A stretch of DNA of 64,000 bases from Dehalococcoidia bacterium (GCA_040877915.1 JBBDNA010000006.1:26993-90992), one strand, 5' to 3'; shown: positions 9,267-19,607, counted from the stretch's first letter. The notes: a model not told the origin generated them from the letters alone. Numbers and translations: made by a program.

Positions 9267-10675
9267 ACCTTGACCGCCTGGCCGACCTCGATTTCGCGCA
9301 CAAGCGGGTCACCGTAGTGGGGCTGGGCATCGAGGGCGTGGACACCGTGCGCTACCTGGCCTCTCGCGGCGCCGAGGTCACGGTCAGCGACGCCAAGCCG
9401 CGAGAGAGCCTGACCGACCGCGTCGGCGAGGTGGCCGACCTGCGCGTCAACCTCTCGCTGGGCCAGAACGATCCGCGGGCGATCCGCGGCGCCGATGCCG
9501 TGTTCGTGTCGCAGGGGGTGCCTCTGGACCTGCCGGGCGTGGAGGAGGCGCGGCGCGGCGGCGTCCCGGTCTGGTCGATGCTCACGCTGTTCATGGAGCT
9601 CTGTCCGGGCCCGATCGTCGGCGTTACCGGTTCCAGCGGCAAGACGACGACGACCGCGCTCATCGACGCGATGTTCCGCGCCGACGAGAAGCCGGTGTTC
9701 ATCGGCGGAAACGTGGGCGTCGGCCTGCTCGACCACCTGGACGAGATCCGCGCCTACACCTGGGCGGTGCTGGAGGTGAGCCACACCCAGCTCCAGATGG
9801 CCTCGCGCAGCCCGCACGTCGCGGCGCTGCTGAACGTCACGCCCAACCACCTGGACCGCTTCAGCTGGGACCAGTACCGCGACCTCAAGCGCAACATCTA
9901 CCGCTTCCAGACCGAGGAAGACGTGGCCGTGTTCGGGTACGACGACGCGGAGACGCGGGCGATGGCCAGCGAGGCACGCGGCGCGCGCGTCTGGTTCAGC
10001 CTGGGCGAGAGCATCCCCGGTGACGGCGTCTACGTCCGCGAGGGTCGCGCCCGCTACCGCCGCGGCCGCTACGACAAGCCTCTATTCGCGCTGGACGCCG
10101 TGCGCCTGCGCGGCCGCCACAACCAGGCGAACGCGCTGGCCGCAGCCGCCGTGGCCGCTGCCTGCGGCGTCACGCCGGACGCCATCGCCACGGCCATCGG
10201 GTCGTTCACGGGAATCCCCCACCGGCTGGAGCCCGTAGGCAGGGCCGATGGCGTCGCCTACTATAACGACAGCATCGCCACGACGCCGGAGCGGGCGCTG
10301 GCCGGCATCCGCTCGTTCTCGGAGCCGCTGGTGCTGCTGCTGGGCGGACGCGACAAGCAACTGCCGCTGGATGAGCTGGCCAACGAAGCACTGAGCCGCT
10401 GCCGCGCCATTGTCCTGTTCGGGGAGGCAGCGCCCAAGCTGGAGGCCGCGCTGGCCGCCGCCGCTGCTTCGGCCAGAGGAACGTCGGTCCGCCGCGCCGA
10501 CACGCTGGAGGAGGCGCTGGCCGAGGCTCGCGCCGCCGCCCAACCGGGCGACGTCGTCCTCCTGTCGCCGGCCTGTACGAGCTTCGACGCCTACGAGAAC
10601 TTCGAGCGCCGCGGCGAGCACTTCCGCTCGCTCGTGGCCGAATTCGCGCAGGAGGTGCAGCCATCGCTTCCGTAG
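9263..10675 (+). CDS. murD: UDP-N-acetylmuramoylalanine--D-glutamate ligase
   Basis: MNLDRLADLDFAHKRVTVVGLGIEGVD Rossmann N-terminus and the GVTGSSGKTTTTALI P-loop. ATG at 9263 overlaps the mraY TGA. The 756-aa ORF-track entry is a frame artefact. Confidence 0.9.
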   Translation: MNLDRLADLDFAHKRVTVVGLGIEGVDTVRYLASRGAEVTVSDAKPRESLTDRVGEVADLRVNLSLGQNDPRAIRGADAVFVSQGVPLDLPGVEEARRGGVPVWSMLTLFMELCPGPIVGVTGSSGKTTTTALIDAMFRADEKPVFIGGNVGVGLLDHLDEIRAYTWAVLEVSHTQLQMASRSPHVAALLNVTPNHLDRFSWDQYRDLKRNIYRFQTEEDVAVFGYDDAETRAMASEARGARVWFSLGESIPGDGVYVREGRARYRRGRYDKPLFALDAVRLRGRHNQANALAAAAVAAACGVTPDAIATAIGSFTGIPHRLEPVGRADGVAYYNDSIATTPERALAGIRSFSEPLVLLLGGRDKQLPLDELANEALSRCRAIVLFGEAAPKLEAALAAAAASARGTSVRRADTLEEALAEARAAAQPGDVVLLSPACTSFDAYENFERRGEHFRSLVAEFAQEVQPSLP

Positions 10676-10710
10676 CCGCCGGCCGCCTGCGCGCGGGTCA
10701 GCCTGACTAC

Positions 10711-11856
10711 TTGCTGCTGGTGGCCACGGCGATGCTGGTTCTCACCGGCATGCTCACGGTGTACACGTCGAGCTTCGCGGTGGGCTTCCTGGAGTACGGC
10801 AACACCAACTACTTCATTCTGCGACACGGCGTCTACGCCATCATCGGCCTGGCCGCCCTCGTCTATTTCATGCGGCTGGACTATCACCGGCTGCGCCTGC
10901 TGGCGGCGCCGATGATGTTCGTCGCGTTGCTGGGGCTGCTGGCGGTCCTCGTGCCGGGCATCGGCGTCGAGCGCAACGGCGCCCGCCGCTGGCTGGAGGT
11001 GGGGCCGCTTTCGTTTCAGCCCAGCGAGTTCGCCAAGCTGGCGATTATCGTGTACATATCGGCCTGGCTGTCCGGCCGCCGCGACGAGATAAACCAGCTC
11101 ACGCTGGGCCTGATCCCGTTCGTGCTGATGGTCAGCGTGGTCGGCGGCCTGATCATCGTCGAGCCGGACATGGGCACCGCCGTAATCATCGTCCTGACGA
11201 CGAGCACGCTGTTCTTCGTGGCGGGGGCGCCGATCACCCACCTGGCGCTGCTCATGGCCAGCGGCGGGTTCGTCACCTACGTCATGATCCTGGCCCAGGA
11301 CTACCGGCTGGAGCGGGTGACGTCTTTCATCAGCGCCGAGAACGATCCGCAGGGCGCGGGCTTCCATATATTGCAGCTGCTGATAGCCCTGGGCAGCGGC
11401 GGCGTCACCGGCCTGGGCTGGGGGGTCAGCCGCCAGAAGTTCTTCTACGTGCCCGGCGCCCACACGGACGGCGTCTTCGCCATCGTCGGCGAGGAGCTGG
11501 GCCTCATGGGGCTGCTGCCGATCCTGGGTCTGTTCACGTTCTTCGTGTACCGCGCTCTCAAGACGACGATGTCCTCCCGCGACCAGTTCGGCGTGCTGCT
11601 GGGCGTCGGGATCATGAGCTGGATCGCTTACCAGACGCTGATAAACATCGGCGGGATTACCCGCTCCATCCCCCTGACCGGCGTGCCGCTGCCCTTCCTC
11701 AGCTACGGCGGCTCCGCGCTCATAGCAACGATGGGCGGCGCCGGCATCCTCCTCAGCATTTCGCGTTACGGGCGCGACCGGCCGGACGCGGAGCCGAAGC
11801 CGCGGGCCCGCCGCTACGCGACGGGCGGCCGGTCGAAACGGAGGGCGACGGCATGA
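10711..11856 (+). CDS. ftsW: SEDS-family peptidoglycan glycosyltransferase FtsW
   Basis: 10-TM protein with SEDS motifs (RRWLEVGPLSFQPSEFAKLAIIVY, GFHILQLLIALGSGG, PLPFLSYGGSALI). TTG 10711 vs ATG 10732 start is uncertain. Confidence 0.85.
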   Translation: MLLVATAMLVLTGMLTVYTSSFAVGFLEYGNTNYFILRHGVYAIIGLAALVYFMRLDYHRLRLLAAPMMFVALLGLLAVLVPGIGVERNGARRWLEVGPLSFQPSEFAKLAIIVYISAWLSGRRDEINQLTLGLIPFVLMVSVVGGLIIVEPDMGTAVIIVLTTSTLFFVAGAPITHLALLMASGGFVTYVMILAQDYRLERVTSFISAENDPQGAGFHILQLLIALGSGGVTGLGWGVSRQKFFYVPGAHTDGVFAIVGEELGLMGLLPILGLFTFFVYRALKTTMSSRDQFGVLLGVGIMSWIAYQTLINIGGITRSIPLTGVPLPFLSYGGSALIATMGGAGILLSISRYGRDRPDAEPKPRARRYATGGRSKRRATA

Positions 11857-12953
11857 GGCTGGCGCTGTGCGGCGGCGGCACCGGCGGCCACGTCTACCCG
11901 GCGCTCAGCATCGCCGCCGCCCTGGAACGGGAGATGCCCAACGGCGCCTCGCTGGAGACGCTGTACATGGGCTCGCGCGACGGCGCCGAGGCCGGCATCG
12001 TCGAGAGGTACGGCGTGCCGCTGCATCCGATCGCCTCCGGGCCAATCCGCGGCCGCAACCCCTGGGAGCTGGTGCGGAACTCGGCGCTCATGGCCAGGGG
12101 CCTGGCCCAGGCCCGCGGCGCCATCGCCGACTTTGGGGCGGACGCCGTGCTCTCCACCGGCGGCTACACCAGCATCCCGGTGGCGCTGGCCGCCCGCTCC
12201 AGGGGCGTTCCCATCGCTCTCTATCTGCCGGACGTCTACCCGGGCTGGGCCGTCCAGGCCATCGCCCGCATGGCGCGGGTCATCGCGGTCAGCGCGCCGG
12301 AGACGGTGCGAAAGCTGTCCAACGCAAAGGCGGTGGTCACCGGTTACCCGGTGCGCGACGAGTTCTGGCAGGTGAGCCGCCCTGAGGGGCGGCGGCGGCT
12401 GGGCCTGGACCCGGAGGAGAAGGTGCTGTTCGTTGCCGGGGCCTCGCAGGGCGCACACAGCATCAACGCCGCCGTGGCCCAGAACCTGCGCTCGCTATTG
12501 GAGTTATGTGAAGTCGTCCACGTCAGCGGCCCCGCCGACGAGGCCTGGATGGCCGGACTGATGCGCGACTTGCCCTCTAACCTCCTGCCTCGCTACCACC
12601 TGTTCGGCTACCTGAACCAGGAGTTCGCCTGGGCGATGGCCGCCTCCGACCTGGCGCTCTGCCGCGCCGGCGCCTCGGTCATCGGCGAGCTGCCGGCCGC
12701 CGGTCTCCCCGCCGTTCTCGTCCCCTATCCCCACGCCGGCGCCCACCAGCGGCTCAACGCCCGCCACCTGGAGGAGAACGGCGCCGCCGTCATCCTCGAC
12801 GACAGCGACCTCGGCTCGATGCTGTCCCTCGTCGGCGGCCTGCTCAGCGATAGCGCCCGGCTGGACTCGATGAGCCAGGCGGCGCGGCGGCTGGCCCGCC
12901 CCGGCGCGGCCAGCAAGATCGCCCGCATGATCCTCGAGATGAACGGATCGTGA
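11853..12953 (+). CDS. murG: UDP-GlcNAc--lipid I N-acetylglucosaminyltransferase
   Basis: MRLALCGGGTGGHVYPALSIAAAL N-terminus and a GT28 C-terminal domain. ATGA overlap with ftsW. Confidence 0.9.
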   Translation: MRLALCGGGTGGHVYPALSIAAALEREMPNGASLETLYMGSRDGAEAGIVERYGVPLHPIASGPIRGRNPWELVRNSALMARGLAQARGAIADFGADAVLSTGGYTSIPVALAARSRGVPIALYLPDVYPGWAVQAIARMARVIAVSAPETVRKLSNAKAVVTGYPVRDEFWQVSRPEGRRRLGLDPEEKVLFVAGASQGAHSINAAVAQNLRSLLELCEVVHVSGPADEAWMAGLMRDLPSNLLPRYHLFGYLNQEFAWAMAASDLALCRAGASVIGELPAAGLPAVLVPYPHAGAHQRLNARHLEENGAAVILDDSDLGSMLSLVGGLLSDSARLDSMSQAARRLARPGAASKIARMILEMNGS

Positions 12954-14350
12954 AGACGGCAGTGGAAGCTATACCGCAGCGAGTGCACCTGGTCGGCGTC
13001 GGCGGCATACACATGTCCGGCATCGCCAAAGTCCTTCGCGCCCGCGGGCACGCCGTCTCCGGCTCCGACCTCCACCTGTCGCCGCTCACGGACAAGCTGC
13101 AGGGGCTGGGAGTCGCGGTCAGCCGCGGCCACGACGCCGCCAGCGTGGGCGACGCCCAGCTCGTCGTGTACACCTCGGCGGCCCAGGAGGACAACCCGGA
13201 GCTGGCCGAGGCGCGACGCCGCGGCCTGCCCACGATCAAGCGCGCCGAGATGGTGGCCCGGCTCATGGAGGGGAAGCGCAGCATCGCCGTGGCCGGCAGC
13301 CACGGCAAGACGACGACGTCGTCGCTCATCGCCTTCATGCTCCAGCAGGCCGGCCGCTCGCCGACGTTCATGGTCGGCGGCGAGATGATCGACCTCGACA
13401 CGAATGCGATGCCCGGCGAGGGCGAGGAGTTCGTCGTCGAGGCGGACGAGTTCGACGCCGCCTTCCTCAACTACCACCCGGATATCGCTCTCGTAACCAA
13501 CATCGAGCCGGACCACCTCGACCGCTACGGCACCTTCGAGAACATCAAGGACACTTTTCGGCAGTTCCTCGCCCAGGTCAAACCGGGCGGTTACATCGTG
13601 GCCTGCCTTGACGACCCTGCTGTGCAGGCCATCCTTGCTGAGGGCGTAGGAGACGGCGTGTCCTTCCCCGTTCACGTCGTCTCCTACGGTCTCGATTCGC
13701 CGGCGGAATGGCGGGCGGAGAATATTTCGTCAAAGGGTGTAGACGGGTATACTTTTGTGGTAAAATGCGCCGAAAGGGTCCACGGGACCTTTGGTACGCG
13801 ACTGCCGGGAATTCATAACGTGAGTAACGCCCTTGGGGCGATAGCAGTGGGGAGCATCCTCGACCTCCCGGTCGAGACCGTGCGGCGCTCCGTGGCCGGC
13901 TTCCGCGGGGTGCGGCGCCGCTTCCAGCTCCTCGGCGAGGTCAACGGCATCACCGTCGTCGACGACTACGCCCACCACCCGACCGAGGTCCGCGCGACGC
14001 TCGCCGCCGCCCGCACTCGCTTCCCCGGCCGCCGCATCGTCGCCCTGTTCCAGCCGCACACCTACACTCGCACCCAGTACCTGCTCGACGGCTTCCGCAC
14101 CTGCTTCGCCGACTGCGACGTCCTGCTCATCGCCGAGACCTACGCCGCCCGCGAGGACCCCTCGGCGGGCATGAGCGCCGAGCAGCTAACCGCCGAGATC
14201 GAGTCGCCGGCCGCGACCTACGCCGGCGACCTCGACGACGCAGCGGAGGCGGTCGCGGAGTTGCTGCGGCCCGATGACGTGTTCTTCACGATCGGCGCCG
14301 GTGACATCGAGCGAGTGGGGCCGCTGGTCCTGGAGGCGCTGAGGCGATGA
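12950..14350 (+). CDS. murC: UDP-N-acetylmuramate--L-alanine ligase
   Basis: VHLVGVGGIHMSGIA and GSHGKTTTSSLIA P-loop, plus DDYAHHPTE. GTGA overlap with murG. Confidence 0.9.
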   Translation: MKTAVEAIPQRVHLVGVGGIHMSGIAKVLRARGHAVSGSDLHLSPLTDKLQGLGVAVSRGHDAASVGDAQLVVYTSAAQEDNPELAEARRRGLPTIKRAEMVARLMEGKRSIAVAGSHGKTTTSSLIAFMLQQAGRSPTFMVGGEMIDLDTNAMPGEGEEFVVEADEFDAAFLNYHPDIALVTNIEPDHLDRYGTFENIKDTFRQFLAQVKPGGYIVACLDDPAVQAILAEGVGDGVSFPVHVVSYGLDSPAEWRAENISSKGVDGYTFVVKCAERVHGTFGTRLPGIHNVSNALGAIAVGSILDLPVETVRRSVAGFRGVRRRFQLLGEVNGITVVDDYAHHPTEVRATLAAARTRFPGRRIVALFQPHTYTRTQYLLDGFRTCFADCDVLLIAETYAAREDPSAGMSAEQLTAEIESPAATYAGDLDDAAEAVAELLRPDDVFFTIGAGDIERVGPLVLEALRR

Positions 14351-15264
14351 ACGAGAGGTTCCTCGCCGAGCTGCGCGAGCTGGGGCCGGCCCTGACCGAC
14401 GAGCCACTGTCCCGGCACACGACTTTCGGTATCGGAGGGCCGGCGGACGCCTACTTCGTCGCCCGCGACGAGGCGCAGCTCACCGGCGCCCTGCGCGCCG
14501 CCCACCGGCACAGCGTGCCATTCTTCATCCTGGGCTCCGGCTCCAACGTCCTCGTCCTGGACGGCGGCATCCGCGGCCTGGTCATCGAGAACTCGACGGA
14601 CAGCGTGGACGGCCCGAACCCCAACGGCGCCGGCTTTCGCGTCCGTGTGGCCAGCGGGGTGAGCTTCGCCGCCCTGGCGCGGCGGCTCTCCTTCGCCGGC
14701 TACAGCGGTCTGGAGTGGGCCTGCGGCATCCCGGGCACGCTGGGTGGGGCGGCCGTGTTCAACGCCGGCGCCTACGGCAAATCCCTCCTCGACGACCTGA
14801 AGGGGATACGAACCCTCAGCCCGGCGGACGAGACCGTGGAGCACCAGCCGGAGGCTCTGGCGCTGACCTATCGCACCAGCGCCTTCCAGCAGGGCGAGCT
14901 GCAGGACCACGTCGTCCTCTCTGTGGACCTCCACGTCGACAAGGGCGAGGCCGGCGAGCTGCGGGCCCGCGTCAAGGAGTTCGACGCGCAGCGTCTGGCG
15001 GCGCAGCCGCGCGGCCGCAACGCCGGCTCCATGTTCAAGAACACAACGGAGCACCCGGCCTGGTGGCTCGTGGACCAGGTGGGGCTGCGCGGCCACCGCA
15101 TCGGCAACGCCCAGATCTCGGACCAGCACACGAACTTCTTCCTCAACCTCGGCGGCGCCACGGCGGTCGACGTCCTGGCCCTGATGGAGCTCGCCCGCAC
15201 CCGCATCCGCGAGCGGTTCGGCATCGAGCTGGAGAACGAAGTGGCGACTGTGGGGGAGCCGTGA
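14347..15264 (+). CDS. murB: UDP-N-acetylenolpyruvoylglucosamine reductase
   Basis: LSRHTTFGIGGPADAYF FAD-binding motif, ILGSGSNVLV and GSMFKN. ATGA overlap with murC. Confidence 0.9.
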   Translation: MNERFLAELRELGPALTDEPLSRHTTFGIGGPADAYFVARDEAQLTGALRAAHRHSVPFFILGSGSNVLVLDGGIRGLVIENSTDSVDGPNPNGAGFRVRVASGVSFAALARRLSFAGYSGLEWACGIPGTLGGAAVFNAGAYGKSLLDDLKGIRTLSPADETVEHQPEALALTYRTSAFQQGELQDHVVLSVDLHVDKGEAGELRARVKEFDAQRLAAQPRGRNAGSMFKNTTEHPAWWLVDQVGLRGHRIGNAQISDQHTNFFLNLGGATAVDVLALMELARTRIRERFGIELENEVATVGEP

Positions 15265-16352
15265 GCGCGCAAGCGAAGCGCCTGTCGAAGCGTCTGAAGG
15301 TCGGCGTTCTGTTCGGCGGGCGCTCCGCCGAGCACGAGGTGTCCGTGGTCTCCGCGCAGGCGGTGATGGCGGCGATGGACGCCGACCGATTCCAACCGCT
15401 GGCTATCGGCGTCACGCGACAGGGCACCTGGCTGACCCCCGCCGACACCGAGCGCGCCCTGGCCCGCATCCGCTCCGAGGAGCTGCGGGCGCTGGAGGAG
15501 CCCCTGGGCGCGGCGCTGCTGCACCGCACGCAGGCGCTGGGCTCGCTGCGGCGGGTTGACGTCGTCTTCCCGCTGATCCACGGTACCAACGGCGAGGACG
15601 GCAGCCTGCAGGGGCTGCTGGAGCTGGTCGACGTGCCGTACGTCGGCGCCGGAGTCGCCGCCAGCGCCCTGGGCATGGACAAGGCGCTACAGAAGGACAT
15701 CCACCGCCAGCACGGCTTCCCCGTTCCGGACGACATCGTCGTCCTGGCCTCCCGCTGGCGGGCCGACCCGATGGCCGTGGCCCGCGAGGCGGAGGCGGCG
15801 ATTCCCTACCCGGCGTTCGTGAAGCCGGTGAACAGCGGCTCCAGCATCGGCACGTCCAAGGCCTGCTCCCGCGAGGACCTGGATGAGGCGTTCGAGGAGG
15901 CGTTCCAGTACGACCGCCGCGCCCTCGTCGAGGTCGCGGTCGAGGGGCGGCAGGTGGAGGTGGCGGTGCTGGGCAACGACGAGCCGGAGGCCTCCCCCGT
16001 CGGCGAGGTCACGTTCGTCGGCGAGTTCTACGACTACCACGCCAAGTACGAGGACCCCAACACCCGCCTGCACATCCCGGCCGACGTGCCCACAGACGTC
16101 GCCGAAGAGGCCCGCGCCATGGCCGTCGCCGCCTACAAGGCGATCGACTGCGCCGGCCTGGCCCGCGTGGACTTCTTCCTGACGCCGGACGGCAGGCTCG
16201 TCCTGAACGAGGTCAACACGATCCCCGGCTTCACTCCGATGAGCATGTACGCCAAGCTGTGGGAGCACGCCGGCCTCTCCTACAGCGACCTGATAACCCG
16301 CCTGATAGAGCTGGCGCTGGAGCGCCACGAGGAGAAGCGGCGTTGTGCCTAG
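15261..16352 (+). CDS. ddl: D-alanine--D-alanine ligase
   Basis: VGVLFGGRSAEHEVSVVSA and ATP-grasp motifs (FVKPVNSGSSIG, EVNTIPGFTPMSMY). GTG at 15261 overlaps the murB TGA. The 545-aa ORF-track entry is trimmed. Confidence 0.9.
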   Translation: MSAQAKRLSKRLKVGVLFGGRSAEHEVSVVSAQAVMAAMDADRFQPLAIGVTRQGTWLTPADTERALARIRSEELRALEEPLGAALLHRTQALGSLRRVDVVFPLIHGTNGEDGSLQGLLELVDVPYVGAGVAASALGMDKALQKDIHRQHGFPVPDDIVVLASRWRADPMAVAREAEAAIPYPAFVKPVNSGSSIGTSKACSREDLDEAFEEAFQYDRRALVEVAVEGRQVEVAVLGNDEPEASPVGEVTFVGEFYDYHAKYEDPNTRLHIPADVPTDVAEEARAMAVAAYKAIDCAGLARVDFFLTPDGRLVLNEVNTIPGFTPMSMYAKLWEHAGLSYSDLITRLIELALERHEEKRRCA

Positions 16353-17127
16353 GGCTAAACCGCGGAAGCGGCGCGCCATCAAGGGCCACGTCCTCCCCGA
16401 CGAGCGGACGGCGAAGCACCGCCGGCGTCTACGCTGGCGGCGCGTCGTCATGTCGCTGGCGGTCATCGCCGGCGTGGGCGGGGCGTTCGTCCTGTACCGC
16501 TCGCCGCTGCTGCGAGTCCAGGAGGTGGAGGTGGTAGGCGCGGTGAACGTCCCGGCGGAGCGCATCCAGGAGACGGCGGACCTGCAAGACGCCAGCCTGT
16601 TCAACGCCGACCTGGCCGGCGCGCGAGAGCGCATCGCGGCGCTGCCCCTGGTCAAGGGCGTCCACACGAAGCTGGAGTGGCCGGACACCGTACGCATCGA
16701 GGTGGTGGAGCGGGCGCCCTGGGGCTACTGGAACCTGGCCGGCGCCTCGTACGTCATCGACGACGAGGGCATTATCCTCGCCGATATCTCACCGGCCGAG
16801 GGCGCGCCGGTCATCAACGACCTCGGCGCGCCCACCCCGCCGCTCGCCGCCGGCGACCGCGTGGACGGCGACGCCGTCAAGCTGGCGCAGGCGCTGCTGA
16901 CCTCTGTCCCGGAGCAGCTGGCCCTGGCCATCGCCCAGTTCGAGTACACACCCGACGACGGCCTGTCCCTGGTCACCGACGCCGGCTACCGCGTGGTCAT
17001 GGGGGACAGCCAGAACACGGACTATAAGCTCGCCGTCTGGCGGGCCGTCGAGGAGGACATCGGCCGCAGCGCGATGGCCGGTCACGTGCTGGACCTGCGG
17101 TTCGGGGACCGGCCGGCATTCCAGTGA
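16345..17127 (+). CDS. ftsQ: Cell division protein FtsQ/DivIB (POTRA domain)
   Basis: Basic N-terminus, one TM (VVMSLAVIAGVGGAFVL), and a POTRA-like region (VQEVEVVGAVNVPAERIQE). Sits between ddl and ftsA. Confidence 0.75.
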   Translation: MPRAKPRKRRAIKGHVLPDERTAKHRRRLRWRRVVMSLAVIAGVGGAFVLYRSPLLRVQEVEVVGAVNVPAERIQETADLQDASLFNADLAGARERIAALPLVKGVHTKLEWPDTVRIEVVERAPWGYWNLAGASYVIDDEGIILADISPAEGAPVINDLGAPTPPLAAGDRVDGDAVKLAQALLTSVPEQLALAIAQFEYTPDDGLSLVTDAGYRVVMGDSQNTDYKLAVWRAVEEDIGRSAMAGHVLDLRFGDRPAFQ

Positions 17128-17148
17128 GCGAGAGGAGGCGATGAGAGC

Positions 17149-18414
17149 GTGAAGGATAACATACTGGCCTCCATAGACGTGGGCAGCAGCAAGGTCTGCA
17201 CCCTCGTCGCCGAGCTGACGCCGGAGGAGGACCTGCGCATCCTGGGGGTGGGGGTAACGCCGTCCCAGGGCGTCAAGAAGGGCATGGTGGATAACATCCA
17301 GGAAGCCACCGAGGCGATAGCCACCTCGGTGGAGAAGGCGGAGCGCTCCAGCGGCTCTCGCATCGCTTCCGCCCACGTCAGCGTCAACGGCAACCACATC
17401 AACTCCCTGAACAACCGCGGCGTGGCCACCATCCCCGGCCGCGAGCGGCCGATCACCCAGCAGGAGATCGACCGCGCCATCGAGGAGGCGCAATCGCTCA
17501 ACCTCCCGACGAACCGCGAGGTGCTGCACGTGATGCCGCGCTTCTTCGTCGTCGATGGGCAGGAGCACGTCAGCGACCCCGTGGGCATGTACGGCCAGCG
17601 GCTGGACATGGAGACGCACATCGTCTCCGGCTCGGTGACGGCGGTGCAGAACCTCACCCAGTGCGTGGAGGGCGCGGGCGTACAGGTGGAGGCGCTGGTT
17701 CTCTCACCCGTCGCCGCCGCCCACGCCGTGCTGGAGGACGAGGAGAAAAACCAGGGCATCATCGTCGCTGACATCGGCGGCGGCACTACGGGCATCGCCG
17801 TCTTCGTGGACGGCACGGTCTACCACACCTCCGTCATCCCCGTCGGCGGCTACCACCTCACCCACGATCTGGTCGCCGGCATCCGCGCGCCCTTCTCGGC
17901 CGTCGAAGACCTGAAGATTGAGTACGGCTCGGCGCTGCCCTCGCAGGTCAACCCGGAGGACCAGGTGGAGGTGGAGACGTTCGGCAGCGAGCGACGGCGC
18001 GAGGTCTCCCGCCGTCGCGTGGCCGAGATCCTGCAGGCCCGCGTGGAGGAGATCCTGGAGATGATTTACATCGACGCCAAGCGTGCGGGCTTCGACGAGA
18101 TGATCGCGGCCGGCCTGGTGCTCACCGGCGGCAGCGCTGCCCTCCACGGCATCGACGAGCTGGCCGAGCAGGTCCTGCGAATGCCGGTGCGAATCGGCGT
18201 TCCGGCGGGCATCCACGGCCTGTCCGACGACCTGAACAGCCCGGCCTACGCCGCCGCTGTCGGCCTGCTGCGCTGGTCGGTGACGGAGAACGGGCACAAC
18301 GGCCACAACGGCCACAACGGCCACAGGCCCAGCCTGAAGATCAAGACCCCCATAGAGTTCAAGGGCGTACTGGACACAGCCAAGCGACTGTTGAAAGCGC
18401 TGATTCCGCAGTAG
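17149..18414 (+). CDS. ftsA: Cell division protein FtsA
   Basis: Actin-like ATPase motifs ([32 protein letters not shown]), a C-terminal (NGH)x4 repeat and an amphipathic tail. Confidence 0.9.
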   Translation: MKDNILASIDVGSSKVCTLVAELTPEEDLRILGVGVTPSQGVKKGMVDNIQEATEAIATSVEKAERSSGSRIASAHVSVNGNHINSLNNRGVATIPGRERPITQQEIDRAIEEAQSLNLPTNREVLHVMPRFFVVDGQEHVSDPVGMYGQRLDMETHIVSGSVTAVQNLTQCVEGAGVQVEALVLSPVAAAHAVLEDEEKNQGIIVADIGGGTTGIAVFVDGTVYHTSVIPVGGYHLTHDLVAGIRAPFSAVEDLKIEYGSALPSQVNPEDQVEVETFGSERRREVSRRRVAEILQARVEEILEMIYIDAKRAGFDEMIAAGLVLTGGSAALHGIDELAEQVLRMPVRIGVPAGIHGLSDDLNSPAYAAAVGLLRWSVTENGHNGHNGHNGHRPSLKIKTPIEFKGVLDTAKRLLKALIPQ

Positions 18415-18422
18415 GGAGGAGC

Positions 18423-19607
18423 ATGGACTACCAGCACATCCTGTCCGAGCAGCCACAGGACGAGCGGGCGATCGAGCCGGAGATCGAGGAGCCGCCCGTC
18501 GAGCCCGCAGAGCCGCAGGAGGAGCGAAAGGAGGACGCGATGCCAGCAAACAGCCTGGACGGGCTGCCGCCCATCAAAGTCGTCGGTGTAGGTGGCGGCG
18601 GCTGCAACGCCGTCAATCGCATGATCGAGGCGCGCATTCAGGGCGTGGAGTTCGTGGGCGTGAACACGGACGCGCAGGCGCTGGGGCGCTGCGGCGCCGA
18701 CAACCGCCTCCGAATCGGCGACCGCATGACCCAGGGCCGTGGCGTCGGCGGCGACCCCGAGCGGGGGCGTCAGGCCGCCGAGGAGTCCCGCGACGAGCTG
18801 AAGGACATCCTCAAGGCGACCGACATGGTGTTCATCACCGCCGGCATGGGCGGGGGCACCGGCACGGGCGCCGCGCCGGTCGTAGCGCAGGTCGCCAAGG
18901 ACTCCGGCGCCCTCACCGTGGCCGTGGTCACGCGGCCCTTCTCCTTCGAGGGGGCCAAGCGCAAAGGCAACGCCGACCAGGGCGTCGCCGCCCTCCAGCA
19001 GGAGGTCGACACGCTCATCGTCATCCCCAACGACCGGCTTCTGGCAGTCGCCGACGAGAAGACCACGGTCATGGAGTCGTTCGTGATGGCCGACGACGTC
19101 CTGCGGCAGGGGATACAGGGCATCTCCGAGCTGATTACCACGCCGGGCGACATCAACCTGGACTTCGCCGACGTGCGCCGGATCATGGCCGAGGCCGGGC
19201 CCGCCCTCATGGCGATCGGCCGCGCCAGCGGCGACAACCGCGCGGTGGAGGCGGCGCAGGCCGCCGTGGCCAGCCCGTTGCTGGACGTCAGCATCCACGG
19301 GGCCACCGGCATCCTGTTCAACATCACCAGCTCCGGCACGCTGGGGTTGCACGAGCTGAACATGGCGGCGCAGGTCATCGCCGAGGTCGTGGACCCGGGC
19401 GCGGAGATCATCTTCGGGACGACGACCGACGCCAGCATGGGCGAAGAGGTCAAGCTCACCCTCATTGCCGTGGGTTTCGCCGGCCCCGAACAGTACCACA
19501 ACAACTCGGAAGACGAGGAGTTCCGGCGGATGCGGACGGAGGCGATGGAGAACGTGGCGGACACGGACCTGCCTACCTTTCTACGGAGGCCCGTCAACTC
19601 ACGTTAA
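18423..19607 (+). CDS. ftsZ: Cell division GTPase FtsZ (alternative in-frame start at 18540)
   Basis: [17 protein letters not shown], the [14 protein letters not shown] tubulin signature, the T7 loop NxDFAD, a variable linker and a C-terminal DLPTFLRR peptide. Both starts have strong RBSs: AGGGAGGAG-ATG at 18423 and AAAGGAGG-acgcg-ATG at 18540. Confidence 0.9.
   Translation: MDYQHILSEQPQDERAIEPEIEEPPVEPAEPQEERKEDAMPANSLDGLPPIKVVGVGGGGCNAVNRMIEARIQGVEFVGVNTDAQALGRCGADNRLRIGDRMTQGRGVGGDPERGRQAAEESRDELKDILKATDMVFITAGMGGGTGTGAAPVVAQVAKDSGALTVAVVTRPFSFEGAKRKGNADQGVAALQQEVDTLIVIPNDRLLAVADEKTTVMESFVMADDVLRQGIQGISELITTPGDINLDFADVRRIMAEAGPALMAIGRASGDNRAVEAAQAAVASPLLDVSIHGATGILFNITSSGTLGLHELNMAAQVIAEVVDPGAEIIFGTTTDASMGEEVKLTLIAVGFAGPEQYHNNSEDEEFRRMRTEAMENVADTDLPTFLRRPVNSR

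Noticed and set aside
8405-10675. 756-aa plus-strand ORF called by the track
   Set aside because: Its first 286 codons are out-of-frame overlap with mraY. The genuine MurD begins at ATG 9263 (MNLDRLADL...).
14715-16352. 545-aa ORF spanning murB 3' half and ddl
   Set aside because: The N-terminal part is the alternate frame of murB. Ddl begins at GTG 15261 (VSAQAKRLSKRLKVGVLFGG).
18246-19499. 417-aa minus-strand ORF antisense to ftsZ
   Set aside because: GC-driven antisense ORF opposite an unmistakable ftsZ.
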